Of a stretch of 64,000 bases of DNA, positions 1 through 8,295 are shown one piece after another. The DNA comes from Gemmatimonadaceae bacterium (GTDB lineage: Bacteria; Gemmatimonadota; Gemmatimonadetes; Gemmatimonadales; Gemmatimonadaceae), in the NCBI GenBank assembly GCA_040901985.1, contig JBBDYC010000017.1, positions 96,001-160,000 of the forward strand, written 5' to 3'. A model generated the notes under the pieces. It worked only from the letters and a program-made list of their open reading frames with translations. It did no database searches and had not been told where the DNA came from. The position numbers were made by a program, and so were the translations under genes. Every line of letters starts with the position of its first letter. Position 1 is the first letter of the stretch.

Positions 1-972
1 CGGGTTCTCGTGCTCGATGCACGCGATCGCGCACTCTTCCTTGCGGATCTTTCGGCTGACGCGGTGCAAACCGTCGGCCGCACGGGAAGCGGTCCGGCTG
101 AGTACAGGAGGCCGTTGCGCCTTGTGCCGCTGGCTGGTGACAGCACGCTGCTCGTCGATGAGGGAAATCAGCGGTGGCTGATGCTCGCGGGCCCTCACAT
201 CGCGGTCACAGTTCCTCCGAGCGATTCTGTTCTCGCTCTCACTGGACTCAGAGTATTCGCCGTCGGTCACCCCGACCAGTTTCTTGGCGTTGTCCTAGTC
301 GACCGTGAACGGCTGACCGGCGATCGCCAGCGCAACAGGCTGGCTGTCGTGCGGGTTCAGAGGCGCGCCTTGTCAGTTGACACCGTCGCGGCGCTCAAAG
401 GTGTGGAGGTACACGTGCGTACAGAGGGCACTGCTCAGGCTCGTGGCATTCACGTGCTCGAGGTAATGTACTCGGTCGCTGAGCAGGCGCTGCTGTTCGC
501 TGACGGATGGATCGCCCTGGCGCGGCAGAATCCCTATCGCGTCGACTGGCTGACCCCGGACGGAGGATTGTTGCGAGGCCCGAACCTCCCGTGGTCCAGT
601 CCTACGATTGGCGCAAGCGAAATCGAGTGGTTCAGAAAACGGATGGAGCGTCGCCTTGGTCGCCCTATCCCGGCGCCACTTGAGGGTCTGGCGTTCGCCA
701 CAGTTGTTCCTCCGTTTCGAGAGAACGGTTTGAATGCGCTTCCCAGCGGTCACTTGCTCATCGCTCGTTCGGAGTGGTCCGGATTACGCGGGACCGAGTA
801 TGACGTCGTTAATCGTCGAGGGCGGCTCGTCGCGCGGATGAGCTTGCCGAGTAACGTGCGAATCGTCGACGTCGGCGCACAACACGTTTTCAGTGTTGCC
901 GTCGACGATGACGGTATCGAGACGCTTCGACGGCACCGCTGGCATTGGAGTGCCACCGGCAACGAAATGTGA
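1..972 (+). CDS. Hypothetical beta-propeller-like protein, 5'-truncated by the window; paralog of 2321..3562
   Basis: The frame is open from base 1. It shares motifs with the 2321..3562 protein: GRTGSGPAEY/GREGSGPGEF, YRVDW, PPFR, YDVVNRRG/YDVINRQG, DDDGIETLRR/DEDDLVYLQR. Codon usage is less GC3-biased than the core genes. Confidence 0.7.
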   Translation, partial: RVLVLDARDRALFLADLSADAVQTVGRTGSGPAEYRRPLRLVPLAGDSTLLVDEGNQRWLMLAGPHIAVTVPPSDSVLALTGLRVFAVGHPDQFLGVVLVDRERLTGDRQRNRLAVVRVQRRALSVDTVAALKGVEVHVRTEGTAQARGIHVLEVMYSVAEQALLFADGWIALARQNPYRVDWLTPDGGLLRGPNLPWSSPTIGASEIEWFRKRMERRLGRPIPAPLEGLAFATVVPPFRENGLNALPSGHLLIARSEWSGLRGTEYDVVNRRGRLVARMSLPSNVRIVDVGAQHVFSVAVDDDGIETLRRHRWHWSATGNEM

Positions 973-1217
973 GAAGAATTGGCTGCTGGAATAGTCGCTT
1001 GCAGGGCTATTCCTCGGCGATTTGCGGTCGTTGGGCTCTTCAGCGGGTAGAGCCCGAGGTGCTTAGAACGGCCACGCGCATTCGCGTGCGCCTGCGTGGG
1101 ATGCGGGGAAGGTGAGCCCCATGGCGGCCCTCAGTATCGGGGTGACGCGCGAGCTTGGTTGCTCGCGCCAGGTTACCCTGGAACGCATCCTGGCCGGCCT
1201 CGCTCGTCCGCTGCCTA

Positions 1218-2082
1218 GAACCTATCTCGTAAACGAGTAATGCCCGGGTGAGGTCATTCGTCTATGGAGGACGCGCGTGGTGCGTGTCCCCTTCGGAGTT
1301 GACGAATGGACCGCACCGATGCCCAGTGGTGCCGCCTCGAACCACTCGTCCCGCGACCGCGGGTGCGCCCCGATGGGAAGGGCCGGCCGTGGCGCGATCC
1401 GCGCGATGTGCTGCATGGCGTGCTGTGGGTGATGCGCACCGGCGCACCGTGGCACGACCTCCCGGATCGCTACCCGCCCTATAAAACGTGGCATCGGCGG
1501 TTCCAGCTCTGGGCGCGGAATGGCACGCTGTACCGGGTGCTCGCCCTGCTGGCGCGGGAACTCGCCGCGGCGGGTGGCTACGATTTCACCGAGGCCTTCA
1601 TCGATGCGACCTTCGCGGGCGCGAAAAAAGGGGCGGCGCCGTCGGACTCACCCGCAAAGGCAAAGGCACCAAGATCATGGCAATCACAGACGGTGCTGGT
1701 CTTCCTCTCGCCGTTACTGTCGCAAGTGCGAATCCCGGGGACATCTCCCTCGTCGAGGACACGCTGAAGGCGCGCTTTCTCCGGCCGCTGCCGAAGCGAA
1801 TTATCGGCGACCGCGGCTACGACAGTGACGCCGTGGATGCCCGGATGGCCAAGCGCGGGATAGCGTTCCTCGCGCCGCACCGCTCCACCCGGAGATACAT
1901 GACCCAGGACGGCCGGCAACTCCGGCGCTACTGCCGCCGCTGGAAGATCGAGCGCTTCTTCGCGTCGTTGCAGTACTTCCGCCGCCTGGTGACCCGCTAC
2001 GAATGCCATGCGGAGAACTTCCTCGCGTTCGTGCAGTTGGCTTGCATCATTATCCTCTCCCGGCAGTTTACGAGATAGGTTC
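1218..2082 (+). mobile_element. IS5-family insertion sequence (IS427-like, two ORFs)
   Basis: Perfect 17-bp terminal inverted repeats GAACCTATCTCGTAAAC (1218-1234) / GTTTACGAGATAGGTTC (2066-2082). TA flanks both ends (CTAG context at 1215-1218 and 2082-2085). Length is 865 bp and it encodes a DDE transposase. Confidence 0.93.
1306..2078 (+). CDS. IS5-family transposase, OrfA (1306..1767) + OrfB joined by a -1 frameshift
   Basis: OrfA carries GRPWRDPRDVLHGVLWVMRTGAPWHDLP and FIDAT. OrfB, in the -1 frame, carries GTKIMAITDGAGLPL, IGDRGYDS and RWKIERFF. A slippery AAAAAAGGGG run lies at 1624-1633. Confidence 0.9.
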
Positions 2083-2292
2083 TAGGGCGAAACACACCGT
2101 CACATGCTGGGGGCAGTCAGCCGGCAAGAGCGACTCTGGACTAGACTCGCAGAAGCTGAGATTCTCGGCGCGGCGGTATCGGCCTAGGGGGCGCGCGCGG
2201 ACCGGAATGCGGCGTCAGAACTGATGTCGCCGCAAATTTCCGGGTGACGATGGATAAGCAGCGATGTCATTGGCCGAGCCACTTCGCCGCGA

Positions 2293-2322
2293 AGTCCGTA
2301 TAACTCCCATCTTAGTCTGACT
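2293..2322. other. Putative tyrosine-recombinase (Xer/cer-like) site
   Basis: Imperfect inverted 11-bp arms AGTCCGTATAA / TTAGTCTGACT (8/11 match) around an 8-bp spacer, at the junction between atypical and core DNA. Confidence 0.35.
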
Positions 2323-3562
2323 ATCCCCGCAACGCCTGCTCCGGCACCGCGTGCCGCTGCAGGTACACGAGATCGTCCTCGTCGAGCGTCGTCGTGTAGA
2401 TCGTGCCGTTCCCGAATCCGACCAGCGTGAGTCCCTCGCCCAACCGCACCTGATGCGTCACGACACCCTGTCGGTTGATCACGTCGTAGAGCGTCCCCTT
2501 CGCGCCGGCGGGCTCCGTCCGCCGCACCCAGAGCTCGCCATTCGGGCGCGCCCAGACGCTCGCCATGCCGGGACGGAAGGGTGGCTTGACGTCCGGCCAG
2601 TCGGTGAGTGGCGGAGGAGGAGGCGCGTTCGCGCCGGGGCCCACGGACGCCGAGCGCCGCGTCCCGCCCGGTCCGGCATCCATCGACACCGTCATCTGAT
2701 TCGCCCTTGCGCGTAGCCGAAGCGCCTCCTCCTCCCGCTTGTCGGCGTCGGTGATCCGGATGGGCGTGTAGCGGATCGGCCCCGACGACTGGCGCGTGCC
2801 GTTCGGCTGGATCCAGTCCACTCGATAGCCGTCCGCGCGCACCACCGCCACGCGTCCGTCGGGGAAGACCGCCCACTCGTCGCGCGGCGTCAGCGGATTG
2901 GAACCGCCGATCATCATCCGCATGTTCCCCTGCCCGCCACTCACCTCCACGTTTTGTTTCTGAAGCTTCACCCAGGTGAGCGTGTCCGTCCGCTTGGTGA
3001 CGCGGTCCCAGCGAATCAACGCCGACGAGTCGGCCGACTGCGGCCGCCCGTCCGGACCCATAGAGAATCCCGGCGTCTCGGCGTACAACCGGCCGTCGCC
3101 ATCGCTGCCGCGCGCGAAGATCATCCCGCGCATCCGAACCCCGCCGCCACTGCTCGACTCCTCTTCGACCCGGAAGGTCGTCACCGGCTTTCCGTCTGGC
3201 CCGATCACCAGGTAACGTGTATTCAGCGGGTCGAACAGGAAGGTCGTGTCGTTTGCCGCCGGGAAGAGCCGCATCGGCATCCCGAACTCGCCTGGACCGC
3301 TCCCCTCGCGACCGATCGCCGTGGCGCTTCCGGTCCGGAAGTCAATCAACTGCACGACCTTGTCGCGTGCGTCTGCGACGATCAGGCGACCGTCCCGAAG
3401 CTCCCGGATGGTCCCCGGGGCGATGGAGCTGAACGGCTCCTCGAACGTGGCGTCGGGAGCTGGCAACGAGCGCGCAGGCTGCACCGGCGGCTGGGCAACC
3501 AGCGGCGCCGCCGCGGCGCAGAGCGCGACGGCGAGCGGGACAAGGCGTGGTGACGGGAGCAT
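2321..3562 (-). CDS. Secreted beta-propeller-like hypothetical protein
   Basis: 413 aa with a signal peptide (LAVALCAAAAPLVAQ) and an NHL-like IGREGSGPGEFGMP motif. Confidence 0.8.
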   Translation of the reverse strand: MLPSPRLVPLAVALCAAAAPLVAQPPVQPARSLPAPDATFEEPFSSIAPGTIRELRDGRLIVADARDKVVQLIDFRTGSATAIGREGSGPGEFGMPMRLFPAANDTTFLFDPLNTRYLVIGPDGKPVTTFRVEEESSSGGGVRMRGMIFARGSDGDGRLYAETPGFSMGPDGRPQSADSSALIRWDRVTKRTDTLTWVKLQKQNVEVSGGQGNMRMMIGGSNPLTPRDEWAVFPDGRVAVVRADGYRVDWIQPNGTRQSSGPIRYTPIRITDADKREEEALRLRARANQMTVSMDAGPGGTRRSASVGPGANAPPPPPLTDWPDVKPPFRPGMASVWARPNGELWVRRTEPAGAKGTLYDVINRQGVVTHQVRLGEGLTLVGFGNGTIYTTTLDEDDLVYLQRHAVPEQALRG

Positions 3563-3676
3563 CGGGAAACTCAGCGATGAGGTTGGAGACGCCGCAGCGC
3601 ACCGGCGGCCGGCAGATGACTCGATGGGTGAGTCACCGGCCGGCCGCCAGTGGTTGCCTCCGGACCCGCAGTTGCC

Positions 3677-5044
3677 CTACCGGCGGTCCTTGTGCGTCTC
3701 GTAAAGGACGGTGTGACGCGTGTCGAGCGGCACCAGCCGCCCGTCAATGAACAGGTGCTTCACCAACGTCCGCGCCTCCAGCAGGTCGCCGTCCGTCACC
3801 ACCACATTCGCCACCTTCCCTGCCTCAAGCGTGCCGAACCGGTCGGCCAGCCCGAAGATCTGGGCTGGCCAGAGCGTCACGCTGCGCAGTGCGTCGTCGC
3901 GACTCAGGCCGAACGCCGCCGCCATCCCGGCCATCGAAGGCAGGTCGCGGACCTGCGCCCCGTTGTTCCCCGTCGAGATCGCGAACCGTACGCCGGCCGC
4001 GGCGAGCTGCCCAGGCATACTGAAATAGACGTCGTACGGATCGTCCTCACGCGGCGGCATCTGGCGCAGCCGCGTGAAGATCACCGGCACGTCCTTCTCC
4101 TTGAGGAGATCGGCCACGGTGAGCGCGTCACGCCCGCCGAGGATGATTGCCTTGAGTCCCTCCGTCCCGGCAAACTCCACCGCCGTGCGGATGTCCGCCG
4201 CCAGGTCGGCCTCGAAGATCACCGGGAGCTCGCCCTTCACGTACGGGACCAGCGCGGCCAGTCTCACGTCCGGCGTAGGCCGCGGGAGCGCCCGATCGCG
4301 CGAGGCGGCGTTCATCGCCTGGTCGTACGCCTTGGCGTCGGCGAGCATCGCGCGCAGCGAATCAAGCTGCGCCTCGCGCTGGCGCTGCGCGGCCGCCGCA
4401 TTGGGGCCGCCCCCGCCGCCGCCGAACTGCGCGGCGAACCCGAACCCACCCCCGCCGGCACGCGGCAGCGACACGATCAGCGCCGCCTTCTGGCGGATCG
4501 TCATCGCTGCCGGCGTCCACCCGGCGAGGTTGGCCAGCGTCCCCTGCCCCGCAATCACGCCGCTCGACGGCCGCGAGAGCACGTGCGTCACGCCCACCAC
4601 CCGCGTCACCCCAACGTGCGAGTTGTGCGGGTTCATCGCGTAATAGGCGATGGCGTTCGGGTTGAAGCTTCCGACCTCAGTATTGTCCATCGTCGGCGTC
4701 GCACCTTGCGTGATCTCGGCAAGCCCCATCTGGGTCGCGGCGTCCATCATCCCGGGATAGACCGAGAGCCCGGTGCCGTCAATCACGTGTGCATCAGGCG
4801 GCACGGCCACGTTCGCCCCGACGGCGGCAATCCGACCGCCGCTGATCACCAACGTGCCGCCGGCAATCTCGGGGCCGGAGACCGGCACGATCCGCGCATT
4901 GCGGATCGCGAACGTCCCCTGCGCACCGGGCAGTGGGTTCGGCGAGCCAAGCTGCGCCGCGGCGTCAGCGGGCGGGAGGATCGCGGCGCCGGACAGGCCA
5001 AGCGCGGCGATGATCGAGTGAAGAAACTTGGGTTGGCGCGACAT
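3677..5044 (-). CDS. Amidohydrolase-family protein, metal-binding HxH absent
   Basis: Amidohydrolase scaffold (VYPGMMD ... GTLEAGKVANVVV) with a signal peptide. DAATQ replaces DxHxH. Confidence 0.85.
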   Translation of the reverse strand: MSRQPKFLHSIIAALGLSGAAILPPADAAAQLGSPNPLPGAQGTFAIRNARIVPVSGPEIAGGTLVISGGRIAAVGANVAVPPDAHVIDGTGLSVYPGMMDAATQMGLAEITQGATPTMDNTEVGSFNPNAIAYYAMNPHNSHVGVTRVVGVTHVLSRPSSGVIAGQGTLANLAGWTPAAMTIRQKAALIVSLPRAGGGGFGFAAQFGGGGGGPNAAAAQRQREAQLDSLRAMLADAKAYDQAMNAASRDRALPRPTPDVRLAALVPYVKGELPVIFEADLAADIRTAVEFAGTEGLKAIILGGRDALTVADLLKEKDVPVIFTRLRQMPPREDDPYDVYFSMPGQLAAAGVRFAISTGNNGAQVRDLPSMAGMAAAFGLSRDDALRSVTLWPAQIFGLADRFGTLEAGKVANVVVTDGDLLEARTLVKHLFIDGRLVPLDTRHTVLYETHKDRR

Positions 5045-6447
5045 CAGCGGTTCCCTCCAATGGATGCGCCCGGACGGCCGCCAGGTCCGCCGCGTGGTGC
5101 CGGCGCCTGGTTCGGTTCGGCACGTTCGAGCTCGGCACGCTCGGTGGCCATCGCAGCGCGGGCCGCCGCATCCTGCGCCCGGTCGAAGTACGTCTCGCCA
5201 TCAATGATTGTCCGCTCGACGCGGCTGTAGACGCTGAACGGATGCCCGTTCCAGATCCCGATGTCGGCATCCTTCCCGACCTCGATGGACCCGGTGCGCG
5301 CCTCGAGTCCGACCTGCCACGCGCCGTTGATCGTGATCGTCGCCAGCGCTTCGTCCTCGGTCAGGCCGCCGTACCGCATCATCTTCGCGGCATCAATGTT
5401 GAGTCGCCGGATCCGCTCGTCCGAGTCAGAGTTGATCGTCGAGACCACGCCGTTCCGCACCGTGATCGCCACGTTGTGGGGAATCGCGTCGAACGCCTCG
5501 ATCTTGTACGACCAGCTGTCGGCAAAGGTGGACATCCCCGCCCCGGCCTCACGGATCTCCGGAGCGATCTTGTACGCCTCCAGCGCGTGCTGCAGCGTCC
5601 GCACCTTGAACCCGAACTCGGCGGCGAGCTCCAGCAGCATCAACGTCTCGTCGGCGCGGTAGGTGTGGGCGTGGATGAAGCGGCGCCCATCGAGAATCTC
5701 GACCAGCGGCTCGAGCTCGAGGTCTCGACGCGGCGCGATCGCGGCCGGGGCGTTCCGTCCGGACGGCTGCGCGCGGTACGCATCCCACTCCGCCTTGTAC
5801 GCACGGGCGCGCGTGAAGGCGTCGCGGATGATTTCCTCCTGTCCCATCCGGCTCGTCGGGTAGCGCGGTGGCGGCGCACCGGGGAAGTTCGCCCGGTTCT
5901 TCCGCGTCACGTTCTCGCCCAGCGCGAACTTGATCCCCGGCGGCGCGTTCGGCACCAGCATTTCCGCCGTCGAGCGCCCGACTTTCAGCTTCACCGTCGC
6001 GCTCTGGCCGCCGATCGTGTTGGCCGATCCGTGCAGGAGATTCACCATCGTCACGCCACCGGCGACCGCCCGATAGATGTTCGGCGCCGTCGGGTTGAGC
6101 ACGTCGTGCACCCGCGTCATTGACGTCACCGAGAGCGAGCCCTCGTTGATGCCATCCATCATCATGTGCGAGTGCGGGTCAATGATCCCGGGCATCACGT
6201 ACTTGCCCGTCGCATCATAGACCTCGACGCCCGCCGGAGCCGAGAGGTTCTGGCCAATCCGGGCGATCTTCCCGTTCTCGACCAACACGTCGGTGTTCTG
6301 CAGCGTGCCGCGGGTGACGGTGAGCACCGTGCCGTTGCGGATCAGGATCGAGGCGCGGCGGGCCCCCTGCGCCGCCAGCATGGACGCGGCCGCGGCGACC
6401 AGGAGCGCCGCGCCAAGCGCCCGCGTGGTGTGCGAATGAATGGACAT
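5044..6447 (-). CDS. Metal-dependent amidohydrolase (secreted)
   Basis: VMPGIIDPHSH, KFALGEN, HAH, QHALE, NSD and GSIEVGKDAD motifs are present. Confidence 0.9.
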   Translation of the reverse strand: MSIHSHTTRALGAALLVAAAASMLAAQGARRASILIRNGTVLTVTRGTLQNTDVLVENGKIARIGQNLSAPAGVEVYDATGKYVMPGIIDPHSHMMMDGINEGSLSVTSMTRVHDVLNPTAPNIYRAVAGGVTMVNLLHGSANTIGGQSATVKLKVGRSTAEMLVPNAPPGIKFALGENVTRKNRANFPGAPPPRYPTSRMGQEEIIRDAFTRARAYKAEWDAYRAQPSGRNAPAAIAPRRDLELEPLVEILDGRRFIHAHTYRADETLMLLELAAEFGFKVRTLQHALEAYKIAPEIREAGAGMSTFADSWSYKIEAFDAIPHNVAITVRNGVVSTINSDSDERIRRLNIDAAKMMRYGGLTEDEALATITINGAWQVGLEARTGSIEVGKDADIGIWNGHPFSVYSRVERTIIDGETYFDRAQDAAARAAMATERAELERAEPNQAPAPRGGPGGRPGASIGGNR

Positions 6448-8186
6448 CAGCGCTCCTCGTGGTTGGTGGTGATCGCGCGCAACCCGGCGAAGCGGCCAGC
6501 GTCGTGACCGACGATCTCAATACGGCCGGCAAAGACCCCGGCCTCGAGCTTGCCGCGGAACCGCGCCTCCTCGGTCCCCTCGGGGAGCGTCACGCTCGCG
6601 CTGAAGGCGATCGTGCCGTCGGGCTCGACCTCGACCGCGGTGATCTCCGACGCGCCGAGGTCCCCTTCGAGCGTCCCACGCAGTCGGTCATCCTCACCGC
6701 GCAGGTGCAGTGTGACGAACTGTTCGCCGCCGTCGAGCGCGATCTGCAGCGCCCACGCGCCTTCGAGCCCCGGCCGCGCCGCTGGTCGTCCACCCGGCCC
6801 ACCGGCGGTCGTCGGCGCCGGAATGGCGTGCGGCCGACCGTCCACGTAGACCGTGGCCACCCGCGCGTCAGCGGCAAGAATGTCGCCGCGGACAACGGTG
6901 AGATTCGCGATCTTCCCCACCTCGAGCGAGCCCAGCCGATCCGCCGCGCCGAGCAACTCTGCCGCGCCGAGGGTGACCGCGCGCACCGCCTGATCCGCCG
7001 GCAACCCGCCATCCACGGCGCGCCGCAGGTTGGGAAGGAACTCAGTGTAGTTCGCCCCGCCCGAGTGGAACGCAAACCGCACCCCGGCGCGCGCCAGCTC
7101 GCCCGGCGTCTTCGGCGCCTGCACTCGGTCGCGCAACACGCGGAGCGGCTCCGGTTCGGCGGTTGCCGCCCCCGCCGCCCCCGCCGCCCCCGCCGCCCCC
7201 GCCGCCCCCGCCGCCGCCGGCGCGGCGGTGCGACGCGGGAAGTTCAGCGACAGCAGCACCGGGACGTTGTCCGCCCTCAGGCGGCCCGCCACGCGGTACG
7301 CCTCGCTCCCGCCGCCGATCATCGCCTTCAGGCCGAACTCCTTCGCGAGGTCCAACGCGCGCTCAATCTCGCGCTGGCTCGTCGCCCGAAATACCACCGG
7401 CATCGTGCCCGCCAGGACGGGCTGCAGCGCCTCCAGCGACGGATCGAACGCCGGACGCCGCATCCCGCGCGAATTCCGTGCGTACGCCGCCTGCACCTCG
7501 CGGTACCGCTGGGCGTCGAGCAGCGACTGCCGCAGCGCCGCCATCACGCCGAGCAGCGAGCCCGGATACTGGCCGCCGCCGATGCCCTGGAAGCCGACGT
7601 GCAACGCCACCGTCGGACGGACCACCATTGTGCTGAAGTCGGCACCGTCGAGTGTGATCAATGCGCTCTGCCCTTCATACGTGCGTCCGCTCGGCGCCGT
7701 CAGTGCCGCGGTCACGCCAGCGGCGTGCGCCGCCGAGAAATCGGGGTTCTCCACCAACTGGTCCACCGCCCGCACCTCGGGCTGGAGACCGACAGGCATC
7801 GTGGAGTTCGGGGAGCCGGCCGGACGCGCAGGCGCCGCGCCACCACCGAACCCGCCTCCGCCGAAGCCACCCCCGCCGCCTGTGGGTGCCGCGCGGAGGC
7901 CGAGCGACGAATAGGCGTCAATCAGCCCCGGATAGACCGTGAGACCGGTGCCGTCCACCACGCGGGCGTCCGCCGGCGCGGTGACATTGGCGCCGATTGC
8001 GACGATGACGCCGTCGCGGATGACGATTGTGCCGCGTGCAATTGGCGCCGACGAGACGGGCACCAGGCGCGCGTTGGTGATGGCGTACGTGCCTGGGGTG
8101 GCGCGCTGCGCCGAAATCGGCGGCGCGAGGGTGGCGACGAGTGCTACGGTCGCCAGCGTCTGGGCGGCGCGGGAGCGAAGGGGCAT
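6447..8186 (-). CDS. Amidohydrolase-family protein, HxH absent, with extra C-terminal beta domain
   Basis: VYPGLIDAYSS and GSLEVGKIAN motifs, a signal peptide, and a 1-bp stop/start overlap with the next gene. Confidence 0.85.
   Translation of the reverse strand: MPLRSRAAQTLATVALVATLAPPISAQRATPGTYAITNARLVPVSSAPIARGTIVIRDGVIVAIGANVTAPADARVVDGTGLTVYPGLIDAYSSLGLRAAPTGGGGGFGGGGFGGGAAPARPAGSPNSTMPVGLQPEVRAVDQLVENPDFSAAHAAGVTAALTAPSGRTYEGQSALITLDGADFSTMVVRPTVALHVGFQGIGGGQYPGSLLGVMAALRQSLLDAQRYREVQAAYARNSRGMRRPAFDPSLEALQPVLAGTMPVVFRATSQREIERALDLAKEFGLKAMIGGGSEAYRVAGRLRADNVPVLLSLNFPRRTAAPAAAGAAGAAGAAGAAGAATAEPEPLRVLRDRVQAPKTPGELARAGVRFAFHSGGANYTEFLPNLRRAVDGGLPADQAVRAVTLGAAELLGAADRLGSLEVGKIANLTVVRGDILAADARVATVYVDGRPHAIPAPTTAGGPGGRPAARPGLEGAWALQIALDGGEQFVTLHLRGEDDRLRGTLEGDLGASEITAVEVEPDGTIAFSASVTLPEGTEEARFRGKLEAGVFAGRIEIVGHDAGRFAGLRAITTNHEER
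7165..7209. repeat. 9-bp tandem repeat (GCCGCCCCC)x5 encoding a Gly-Ala-Ala linker
   Basis: Five perfect copies read directly from the sequence. Confidence 0.9.
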
Positions 8187-8295
8187 GTTCGACTTTCCTC
8201 GTTGAAGGAGGGACGCCGAACATACGCGGTCGGGCGGCGGAGCGCTGGCGGCGGCCCGTGGGCGCGCCCCCGCCGTCCCCGCCGCCCCCGGGACA

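Noticed and set aside
7165..7209. (GGGGGCGGC)5 as a functional G-quadruplex or phase-variation tract
   Set aside because: It is an in-frame 9-bp unit encoding a flexible linker, so copy changes would not shift the frame.
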